A stretch of DNA of 64,000 nucleotides from contig CADECP010000019.1 in the NCBI GenBank assembly GCA_902825875.1, forward strand, positions 78,359-142,358, in the 5' to 3' direction. The notes beneath the pieces were generated by a model that searched no databases, was not told the origin of the DNA, and was given only the letters and a program-made list of their open reading frames with translations. The stretch's first letter is position 1. The number at the start of each line of letters is the position of its first letter. The translations under genes and the position numbers were made by a program. Below are positions 20,507-28,141 of the stretch, one piece after another. This stretch comes from an uncultured Acidobacteriota bacterium (GTDB lineage: Bacteria > Acidobacteriota > Blastocatellia > RBC074).

Positions 20507-21375
20507 GTATCGAACTGACCGAACTGGTCAAACCCGTTTTAACCGATGAAGCATTTCTGGCCGACGTAAAAGCGTCCAGCCAACAACCGGACGAATTTCA
20601 TTTGTGGTGGCTGGGGCAATCGGGGTTCCTGTTGCAATGGAATGGCCGCCATTTGCTGTTTGATCCTTACCTGTCGGATTCGCTGACAAAAAAATACGCC
20701 GCGACTGACAAACCCCACGTTCGGATGACCGAAATCGTCATTGATCCGGCCAAGCTGGATTTCATTGACGTGGCCACGTCCACGCACAGCCACACCGATC
20801 ATCTGGATCACGAAACTCTGTTGCCGTTGATGGCCGCGAATCCGAATTTGAAGCTGGTCATTCCCGAAGCCAATCGAGCCTTTGTCGCCGACCGTTTGAA
20901 ATGCGACGCCGCCTGGCTGGTCGGCAGCGACGACGGCGAAACGGTGACGCTTGGCGATTTTGAAATCACTGGGTTGGCCGCCGCTCACGAAGAGATTGAG
21001 TTCGACGAAGAAGGCCGCAGCACGCACCTCGGTTACGTTGTTCGTTTTGGCGATTTCACGATTTATCACTCCGGAGACAACAAAGGTTTTGACGGAATGG
21101 CCGAAGAGTTATTGGCCGCAGTTGGTGATCGAAAGATTGACGTGGCTCTGTTGCCGATCAATGGCCGCAAGCCCGAACGCCGCGTGCCCGGCAATTTCTG
21201 GGGACACGAAGCCGCCAAATTTGCCAAAGACATCAACGCCGGATTGGCGATTCCCATGCATTTCGAGATGTTCCAGTTCAACACCGAAACGCCGGATGAA
21301 TTCGTCGCCACGTGCGAACAACTGAACCAGCCGTTCCGCGTGCTGAAATGCGGCGAACGATTCAGCAGTAATTGA
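20503..21375 (+). CDS. MBL-fold metallo-hydrolase
   Basis: 'ATSTHSHTDHLD' (HxHxDH) and later 'YHSGD' and 'HFEMF'. The TTG start overlaps the upstream stop, with a GAAGGAG RBS. Confidence 0.75.
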   Translation: MSIELTELVKPVLTDEAFLADVKASSQQPDEFHLWWLGQSGFLLQWNGRHLLFDPYLSDSLTKKYAATDKPHVRMTEIVIDPAKLDFIDVATSTHSHTDHLDHETLLPLMAANPNLKLVIPEANRAFVADRLKCDAAWLVGSDDGETVTLGDFEITGLAAAHEEIEFDEEGRSTHLGYVVRFGDFTIYHSGDNKGFDGMAEELLAAVGDRKIDVALLPINGRKPERRVPGNFWGHEAAKFAKDINAGLAIPMHFEMFQFNTETPDEFVATCEQLNQPFRVLKCGERFSSN

Positions 21376-21387
21376 GTTGAAAACTTT

Positions 21388-21655
21388 CTCCCACGAAGTC
21401 ACACGAAGAAAGCACGAAGAAGAATTTAGACAGGATTCACAGGATTTTTCAGGATGAAGCATTTTTGCCGTGTCAGTAACCCGACCGTTTTGCCGTGTCA
21501 GTAGCCCGCGCGTAAGCAAGGGCTTGGGTTCGGCGAAAAAGCCCTTGCTTACGCGCGGGCTACCGATACTTGCCTAAAGCCAATCCTGTTCCATCCTGTA
21601 AATCCTGTCTAAAAATTTCCCTTCTTCGTGTCCTCTTTGTGTGTCTTCGTGGGAG
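21388..21655. repeat. Large nested palindromic element filling the MBL / helicase spacer
   Basis: The outer arms are 'ctcccacgaagtcacacgaagaaagcacgaagaag...gacaggattcacaggatttttcaggatg' and its imperfect reverse complement '...catcctgtaaatcctgtct...cttcttcgtgtcctctttgtgtgtcttcgtgggag'. The core holds a tandem 'ttttgccgtgtcagta' (21463 and 21488) and a perfect 24-bp hairpin 21501-21524 / 21540-21563. Confidence 0.85.
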
Positions 21656-21675
21656 GACCTTCTGATAGGTTTTTC

Positions 21676-24078
21676 ATGCAAGCAGATTTTCTTTCCGGCC
21701 TGAACGCTCAGCAGCGCGAAGCCGTCACCACAACCGAAGGCCCCGTTCTGCTTCTGGCCGGAGCCGGAAGCGGCAAGACTCGTGTCATCACATTTCGTAT
21801 CGCGCAGTTGATTGAACAGGGCGTATACCCGAACAACATTCTGGCCGTGACCTTTACCAACAAAGCCGCAGGCGAAATGAAAGAGCGCGTCGAAAAGTTG
21901 TTGGAAGGAAAGTCGCTCAACAGTTCGCCGCTGCTTTCGACTTTTCACGCGCTGTGCGTTCGCATACTGCGCCGAGACATTGAAAAGCTTGGCAAAGGCT
22001 ACACGCGGTCGTTCACGATTTACGATTCCGACGATCAGCAGAAACTGCTGCGCGCCTGCATTCGGGATTGCGGTTTTGATGACAAACAAATCACTCCGCG
22101 ATTGGCGCAAACTTCCATCAGCGGTTCCAAAAATCGCGGCGAAGACCCTGAAACCGCCGCAGCAAAAGGCGCAGCCGATCCCAAGCGAGCTTCGATTGCC
22201 AGGGTTTACGGGCTTTATGAGCAGCGGCTGCTGTCGTCCAATGCGATGGATTTCGACGACCTGTTGATTCGCACTGTTCAGTTGCTGCGGACTTCAGAAG
22301 AGGCTCGGCGTTATTACCAAAACCGGTTTCGCCACGTCATGGTGGATGAGTTTCAGGACACCAACGGCATTCAGTACAGCTTGTGCAAGCTGCTGGTTGA
22401 AGGCGACATCGCATTGAACCTGGCCGTGCGCCCGCCGGATTTCTGGACGAATCGGAGCCTCTGCGTTGTCGGCGATGAGAACCAATCCATCTACAAATTC
22501 CGAGGTTCGGATTTCAACATCATCCTGAATTTCGAGCGTGACTTTCCCGGCACGCGCACCATCAAGCTGGAAGACAATTACCGTTCTACCGCGCGCATTC
22601 TGGAAGCCGCGAACAAAGTCATCGCCAATAACTCGCAACGCTTCGACAAAAAACTTCGAGCCAACGCCGCCGAAGGCGAAAAGATTCGATACGCCCAGGT
22701 TTACGACGGCGAAGCCGAAGCCCGATGGGTGGCGGACAAAATTACCGAACATCTGCGCCGCGAACCCAAACTGAAAGCCGCCGTGCTTTATCGCACTAAC
22801 GCCCAATCGCGTTCGTTTGAAGAAGCCTGCCGCCGCTCCGCGCTTCGTTACAACCTGGTTGGCGGTTTCAGTTTTTATGACCGCGCCGAAGTCAAAGACA
22901 TCATCGCGTATTTGAAATTGGCTATGAACCCGGATGATTCGATTGCCTTGCAGCGCATCATCAACACGCCGCCGCGCGGTTTGGGCAAAACGACTTTGGA
23001 TGAAGTTGATCGTCAGGCAAAGGCTTTGAGTTGTTCGCACTGGGAAGCCATCGCCCACGTCATCGAACACAGTCCGTTGCAGGCGCGCGCCATCAACGCG
23101 TTGAAGGCCTTTCGTTACGTCGTCACGCAGTTGATGGAAAAAGCCAGCAACTCCGCTGTGCCGGTTGCCGACGTGGTCAAAGCGGCGGTGATTGATTCCG
23201 GTTACGAGTTGATGCTGAAAGAAGAGCGCACCGAAGAAGCCGAAGGCCGATTGTTGAACCTGGACGAATTGGTCAACGCCGCCGCCGAATCCGACACACG
23301 CGGAGAAACGTTGCGCGACTTTCTGGATCACGCCGCCCTGGTTGCCGACACCGATCAATACAAAGCCGAAGCCGAAGTGACATTGATGACCATGCACTCG
23401 GCCAAAGGTTTGGAATTCCCGTTGGTGTTCATTGCGGGCTTGGAAGAAAACCTGTTCCCGCATTCGCGCGCCAGCCAGGATCAAGCTGAACTGGAAGAAG
23501 AGCGGCGGCTTTGTTACGTCGCCATTACGCGAGCCGAAAAGTATTTGTACCTGACGCACGCGATGACTCGGCGGGTGTACGGTGAATCAATGGAAGCGGA
23601 ACCTTCACGCTTTTTGAACGAATTCCCCATTGAATTGATCGAAGACCTGTCGAAAGGCCCAAGCTGGTTGCGATTCGCCAACAAGGTCGCAACCAAAGAA
23701 AATCTGGCGGCAATTGACGCCCTAACCGGTAAAACTCCGCCACCAGTTAAACGCACCAGCAATTATCAGGGGCAGACTTACAACAGCCGAGACAGCATCA
23801 ACGAATTTTTCAAACGACAAGGTGTGAAAGTAGATTCCGAACCGGCCAAACCAAAGCTGGTTAAACGCGACTCCAGCGAAAGTTCACGTTCAGGCGGAGT
23901 TTCCGGAAGCGGATCGGGCAAATTCAAAGTCGGCACGCGCGTCCGCCACGCCAAATTTGGAGTCGGCTTGGTCGTCAAATCCGAAGGCGAAGACGACAAC
24001 ATCAAATTGACGATCAATTTTCCCGGCTATGGACTGAAGAAAATGATTGAAAAGTTTGCCGGGCTGGAAAAGGCTTGA
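21676..24078 (+). CDS. uvrD: ATP-dependent DNA helicase, UvrD/PcrA/Rep family
   Basis: 'LLLAGAGSGKTRV' (Walker A), 'VMVDEFQDTN' (motif II), 'LEDNYRS', 'VTLMTMHSAKGLEFP' and 'EEERRLCYVAITRA'. C-terminal 'VGTRVRHAKFGVGLVV' Tudor-like tail. Start at 'MQADFLSGLNAQQ'. Confidence 0.9.
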   Translation: MQADFLSGLNAQQREAVTTTEGPVLLLAGAGSGKTRVITFRIAQLIEQGVYPNNILAVTFTNKAAGEMKERVEKLLEGKSLNSSPLLSTFHALCVRILRRDIEKLGKGYTRSFTIYDSDDQQKLLRACIRDCGFDDKQITPRLAQTSISGSKNRGEDPETAAAKGAADPKRASIARVYGLYEQRLLSSNAMDFDDLLIRTVQLLRTSEEARRYYQNRFRHVMVDEFQDTNGIQYSLCKLLVEGDIALNLAVRPPDFWTNRSLCVVGDENQSIYKFRGSDFNIILNFERDFPGTRTIKLEDNYRSTARILEAANKVIANNSQRFDKKLRANAAEGEKIRYAQVYDGEAEARWVADKITEHLRREPKLKAAVLYRTNAQSRSFEEACRRSALRYNLVGGFSFYDRAEVKDIIAYLKLAMNPDDSIALQRIINTPPRGLGKTTLDEVDRQAKALSCSHWEAIAHVIEHSPLQARAINALKAFRYVVTQLMEKASNSAVPVADVVKAAVIDSGYELMLKEERTEEAEGRLLNLDELVNAAAESDTRGETLRDFLDHAALVADTDQYKAEAEVTLMTMHSAKGLEFPLVFIAGLEENLFPHSRASQDQAELEEERRLCYVAITRAEKYLYLTHAMTRRVYGESMEAEPSRFLNEFPIELIEDLSKGPSWLRFANKVATKENLAAIDALTGKTPPPVKRTSNYQGQTYNSRDSINEFFKRQGVKVDSEPAKPKLVKRDSSESSRSGGVSGSGSGKFKVGTRVRHAKFGVGLVVKSEGEDDNIKLTINFPGYGLKKMIEKFAGLEKA

Positions 24079-24113
24079 TTACGGATAGGCTAAAACGAGT
24101 TTGTTTGAAAAAA

Positions 24114-24150
24114 ATGCCAACAGAAAAGCTTCAGGGTTTCCTGTTGGCAT
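24114..24150. terminator. Bidirectional terminator hairpin between convergent genes
   Basis: 'atgccaacag' (24114-24123) pairs with 'ctgttggcat' (24141-24150). It is flanked by an A-run upstream and 'ttgtgtttgt' downstream. Confidence 0.6.
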
Positions 24151-24184
24151 TTGTGTTTGTCGCCGAAGCTTGTCGGCAAGGAAG

Positions 24185-24574
24185 TTATTTCATTTCGTCA
24201 ATGCTGGCGACGGCGAGTTTGCCGTCCATCATTTTTCCTGTGACTTTGAATTTCGCGCCGTTGTCTTTGGCGCTTTTTTCCAGAGCGGCTTTGGCCATTG
24301 CTGCACCTTTTTCATCGAATTCGGTGTATTTGCCGTCGGCATACACGCCCAATCCGCTCTTCAGGCAATTTTCCATCAACGAGCAGCTTTTCTTGTGCGC
24401 GTCAATCGAAGCCTGAGCGTCGTCTTTTTTCATGCGTCCGGTGGCGCAAGCCTTATCAACGATGTTGCCGGTCAAAGTGACTTTGTCGGAGTCTTTGTTT
24501 TGTGCGGTCGAAACCGCCGCAATGCTCAGAGCGACAGCCAAAACAATAAAAAGGGAAATCAGTTTTTTGGTCAT
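24185..24574 (-). CDS. Small exported protein, unknown function
   Basis: Start placed at 'MTKKLISLFIVLAVALSIAAVSTAQ' (ATG 24574), which is a clear signal peptide. The 224-aa ORF-track version has an implausible upstream extension. Confidence 0.55.
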   Translation of the reverse strand: MTKKLISLFIVLAVALSIAAVSTAQNKDSDKVTLTGNIVDKACATGRMKKDDAQASIDAHKKSCSLMENCLKSGLGVYADGKYTEFDEKGAAMAKAALEKSAKDNGAKFKVTGKMMDGKLAVASIDEMK

Positions 24575-24704
24575 GTTTTTTGATCCTTTCTTGAACCATT
24601 GCTGGTTGGTTGAAAGCCGACAGGTGGTGCAAGCCAACAACTTCAGACTTGGGTCGGCAAGTTGGTTTTGTCTGCACGACATCGAACGCCGATCAATTGG
24701 CAGC

Positions 24705-24965
24705 TTATAAAGCCCTGGGGCTACGGTATTGTTCGTAACGGCGAGTCGGTTCGTATTTGCTGACAGAAAACGGTAAATCTTTTTTGGGCGGCCCTTCGAG
24801 CCGGATGATCTCAATCGCTTCCTGGTAAACGCGCTCCAGGTTTTCGGGTTGAAAGCCATTCAATCGGCAAGCGTGAACGTGTTGGCGAACGATTTGCTCC
24901 ACAGCTTGACGACCAATTTCGTCCAAACCTTCCAATGCACGCAGAGCATGGGCAGAGAGCTTCAT
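24705..24965 (-). CDS. Hypothetical small protein
   Basis: 86-aa ORF 'MKLSAHALRALEGLDEIGRQAVEQIV...'. I recognised no domain. It is called only from its open frame and position in a gene gap. Confidence 0.35.
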   Translation of the reverse strand: MKLSAHALRALEGLDEIGRQAVEQIVRQHVHACRLNGFQPENLERVYQEAIEIIRLEGPPKKDLPFSVSKYEPTRRYEQYRSPRAL

Positions 24966-25250
24966 AAGCAAATTACCAATCCTTTCAATGAGATTTTGAG
25001 AACTGTCGTTGAGTTTTTTGATTTAACCTGAAAAACAGAGGATGGAACGGCGCGGAGTGTAGCACAGAAAAAATTGGTGTCTACAAAATTTTTCCAGCGT
25101 CAGGCAACCCGGTTTAATTACACCATTCGCAGGAGTTACAGGCGTAGTTTGCCTGTCGGGATGGCTTTCTCATAGAATGCCAGGCGTTCACGAGAGACAT
25201 AAAACTCAGACGTTTTTGGCGCTTATAGCGACTTTCAAATGGTGCGACTA

Positions 25251-25354
25251 TGGAGTGCTGCGACTTGTCGTAGCTTTTCGTTCAGTTGTGAGGTCTCGTT
25301 GTAACTAAAGCTTTCAACCGCGAACGAAAAACGGTGTTGAGCCACAGCACTCCA
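25251..25354. repeat. REP-like palindrome ('ggagtgctgcg...' family)
   Basis: Left arm 'tggagtgctgcgacttgtcgtagcttttcgttc' and right arm 'gaacgaaaaacggtgttgagccacagcactcca'. The termini are shared with 18222-18326. Confidence 0.7.
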
Positions 25355-25433
25355 AAGGCTGCGCCAATCAGAATCACTATCGGTCGCAGACAACTGCAAA
25401 TCGCTATAACCTATTCTTCAAAAGTAGTGATTT

Positions 25434-26270
25434 ATGCGAATCGCCGCATCCACATATCTCAATTCGGCTCCATTGGTGTATAGCTTCGCGCAGGGCGATT
25501 TGCGTCGGAGTTATGAGTTTTTGGGCGACGCTGCGCCATCGCGCTGTGCGGCGATGTTGGCTGACGGGCAATGCGAAATCGCCTTGATTCCGGTGATTGA
25601 ATACCAACGCATTCCGGGTTTGAGGATCATCCCCGATGTCGCTGTCGCTTCAAAAAATCGTGTTCGCAGCGTTTTGCTCGCGGCTCGTTGTCCGTTGTCA
25701 GAAGTTCGGCGAGTGACGTTGGACACATCGTCGCGCACATCGCAGGCGTTGGTGAAAATTCTGCTTGAACGGCAGTATGGCGTGCAGCCGGTTTTCACCG
25801 AACGAACGCCGAATGCCGTCGTCGAATGCGAAAACATGCTTGAAGACACTGACGCCGCGTTGGTGATTGGCGATCCGGCGATGCGGTTGGCTGCTTCGGC
25901 GTCGCAATTCGGCGTGCGAATTTACGACCTTGCCGAAGAATGGCGAACGATGACCGGATTGCCGTTTGTGTTTGCAGTTTGGGCTGTCTGCGAAGGCGTT
26001 GCCGAAACTCATGCCCTTGTCTGTGATTTTCAGGCGGCCAAACTGGAGGGCTTATTACGATTGGAACAGATTGCGGCCAGCTATTCCGACGAGCTTCGCT
26101 TGCCACAATCCGACTTGCTGGATTATTTAACGAATTGCGTCAATTACGATTTGGATGCGGAAAACATTGCCGGAATGAATCGCTATTTCGGTTTAGCTGC
26201 CGATTGTGGATTGATTTCGGCTGCACGATCCGCAAAGTTTTTGTCACTGACCCAAACAAGCGCGAAGTAA
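25434..26270 (+). CDS. mqnA: Chorismate dehydratase (futalosine-pathway menaquinone biosynthesis)
   Basis: 'MRIAASTYLNSAPLVYSF', 'CEIALIPVIEY' and 'LPFVFAVWAV' match the MqnA/VitK2-biosynthesis periplasmic-binding-like fold pattern. Confidence 0.75.
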   Translation: MRIAASTYLNSAPLVYSFAQGDLRRSYEFLGDAAPSRCAAMLADGQCEIALIPVIEYQRIPGLRIIPDVAVASKNRVRSVLLAARCPLSEVRRVTLDTSSRTSQALVKILLERQYGVQPVFTERTPNAVVECENMLEDTDAALVIGDPAMRLAASASQFGVRIYDLAEEWRTMTGLPFVFAVWAVCEGVAETHALVCDFQAAKLEGLLRLEQIAASYSDELRLPQSDLLDYLTNCVNYDLDAENIAGMNRYFGLAADCGLISAARSAKFLSLTQTSAK

Positions 26271-26373
26271 ATACCGCTGCGCCGACAAATTCCCCGCAAC
26301 TGTCGGCAGAAAAGCTTTGAGCCGCCTTTTCCCACACCGGCTCAGGCTGCGATGTCATAAACCCTAAAATAAA

Positions 26374-27312
26374 GTGAAAACTATGATAACTGCATTGGCC
26401 GGTGGTGTAGGCGCGTCGAAACTACTCGATGGGTTTAATCGAGCGATGTCACCGGAACAGATTTCCATAATCGTGAATACAGGCGATGACATAGAAATGT
26501 TCGGGCTGTACATCGCTCCTGATTTGGACATTGTGTCTTATACGCTGGCCGGATTGGTGAACCCCGATATGGGGTGGGGCGTCAACAGCGACACGTTTTA
26601 CTGTTTGGATTTGTTGCTGCGATACACAGAAGCAAAGCGTTGGTTCAATCTGGGCGACCGCGATTTGGCGACACATATTTTCCGCACGCACCGGTTGAAA
26701 CAAGGCGACAAACTTTCGGAAATCACCGACCAGATTCGGCTGACGCTGGGAGTGAAATCGAAAATCTTGCCGATGACCGACACGCACACCCCGACAACGA
26801 TTTTGACCGATAACGGCGAAATGCACTTTCAGGAATATCTGGTCAAACATCTGGCTCAGCCAGTGGTAAAAGGCATTCGGTTTGAAAACATCGAAACTGC
26901 CGAACCTGCGCCCGGCGTGGCCGAAGCAATTCTGAACACCGACGCCGTCGTCATTTGTCCCAGCAATCCGTTAATCAGCATCGGCCCGATTCTGGCGGTT
27001 CCGGGAATGCGCGATTTGATTAAGCAGACTTCGGCCAAAGTCGTCGTTGTCAGTTCGGTGGTGGACGGCGCTTCCTTGAAAGGGCCGACGGATCAAATGC
27101 TCAAAGATTTAGGTATGGAAGTTTCGGCGCTACAAATCGCCAAACTGTACGAAGACATAGCTGACGTTTTCGTGCTGGATCAGCGCGATGAAGTTTTGCG
27201 ACCGGAAGTCGAAAAGCTTGGCCTGCAAGTCGTTGTCACTGACACTGTCATGCGAGATGCCGACAAAAAGCGTCAACTTGCCGAAACGATTTTGACTGTT
27301 TTGTCCGCTTAA
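26374..27312 (+). CDS. cofD: 2-phospho-L-lactate transferase (F420 biosynthesis)
   Basis: 'ALAGGVGASKLLDGF', 'IIVNTGDDIEMFGLYIAPDLDIVSYTLAGL' and 'VICPSNPLISIGPILAVPG' are CofD/FbiA signatures. An alternative ATG start is at 26383. Confidence 0.85.
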   Translation: MKTMITALAGGVGASKLLDGFNRAMSPEQISIIVNTGDDIEMFGLYIAPDLDIVSYTLAGLVNPDMGWGVNSDTFYCLDLLLRYTEAKRWFNLGDRDLATHIFRTHRLKQGDKLSEITDQIRLTLGVKSKILPMTDTHTPTTILTDNGEMHFQEYLVKHLAQPVVKGIRFENIETAEPAPGVAEAILNTDAVVICPSNPLISIGPILAVPGMRDLIKQTSAKVVVVSSVVDGASLKGPTDQMLKDLGMEVSALQIAKLYEDIADVFVLDQRDEVLRPEVEKLGLQVVVTDTVMRDADKKRQLAETILTVLSA

Positions 27313-27319
27313 CTGTCGA

Positions 27320-27991
27320 ATGCGTTATTTACTGATTCCAGTCAAAGACCTTTCTCGCGCCAAACAACGCTTGGCGGCGTTGATGACTCAAGCCGAACGA
27401 ACACGATTGGCGTGGGCGATGCTGGAAAGCACCTTTGCCGCTGCTGCCGCCGCTCGTTCGGCAGATCGCATCGCCGTTGTGACTTTGTATGAACCAGCCA
27501 TCGAACTGGCGAAGCAATACGGCATGGATGTGATTATGGAAACCGAGCAAATTTCCGAAAGCGCGTCGGTGGATTTCGGTTCGCGTGAAGTCGCCACACT
27601 CGGAGCCGAAGCAGTTCTGCGATTGCCGATTGATTTGCCGCTGATTACCAGCAATGACATCGAAACGATACTGGCCGCCGATCAACGTAATCCTTTAGCC
27701 AACCCATCGGTGGTCATCGTTCCTTCGCGCGACGGCACGGGAACGAACGCGATTTTACGCCGTCCGCCGACGCTGTTTCCCTCGCACTTCGGCGCGGGCA
27801 GCCTGGCCAAACACATACGCGAATCTGAACAAGCCAACGCCTCTTGTCAGCTTCTGCAATTGCCCAACATTGCTCTGGACATTGACGAGCCGGAAGATTT
27901 GGTCGAATTTTTGGGGCGAGGGCAGGGAAATCCAATTCATGATTTGCTTGCGGAAATGAACGTCGCTGAACGATTGACGCGTTTTTTTTGA
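27320..27991 (+). CDS. cofC: 2-phospho-L-lactate / phosphoenolpyruvate guanylyltransferase (F420 biosynthesis)
   Basis: 'LIPVKDLSRAKQRLA', 'IAVVT', 'LPIDLPLIT' and 'DGTGTNAIL' match the CofC/FbiD nucleotidyltransferase pattern. It lies directly after cofD. Confidence 0.75.
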   Translation: MRYLLIPVKDLSRAKQRLAALMTQAERTRLAWAMLESTFAAAAAARSADRIAVVTLYEPAIELAKQYGMDVIMETEQISESASVDFGSREVATLGAEAVLRLPIDLPLITSNDIETILAADQRNPLANPSVVIVPSRDGTGTNAILRRPPTLFPSHFGAGSLAKHIRESEQANASCQLLQLPNIALDIDEPEDLVEFLGRGQGNPIHDLLAEMNVAERLTRFF

Positions 27992-28141
27992 AACTCAGCC
28001 AAACTGACGTTTTTGCTACTGGCTTTGAATCCTCTCTGCCAAACCTTTCCAACGCAACCGGATCATTGCATAATCCGCCGCGCTCGGCGTCAGCAATTGC
28101 AAATTCAACATTGGCCACCACAGCAACTCAGGAGGTTTTTC

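Noticed and set aside
21463-21563. CRISPR-like array suggested by repeated hairpin-forming units here and at other intergenic repeats.
   Set aside because: There are only two tandem copies with a 25-nt period and no unique spacers of regular length. No cas genes occur in the window. The other repeats are single palindromes at scattered loci.
25030-25433. A possible structured ncRNA in the 400-nt spacer upstream of mqnA.
   Set aside because: Apart from the REP-like palindrome at 25251-25354, I could not fold or recognise any known RNA family (6S, SRP, RNase P, tmRNA, riboswitch cores) by eye. A covariance-model scan would be needed.
28013-28141. Upstream extensions of ORF-track models. These are CHAT from 28013, rpsA from 56134, the small exported protein from 24859, SDR from 18296, helicase from 21628 and PAAR from 46415.
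   Set aside because: In each case an internal ATG with a good Shine-Dalgarno sequence gives a canonical N-terminus (a signal peptide or a family-typical start). The extension overlaps the upstream gene or a repeat element.
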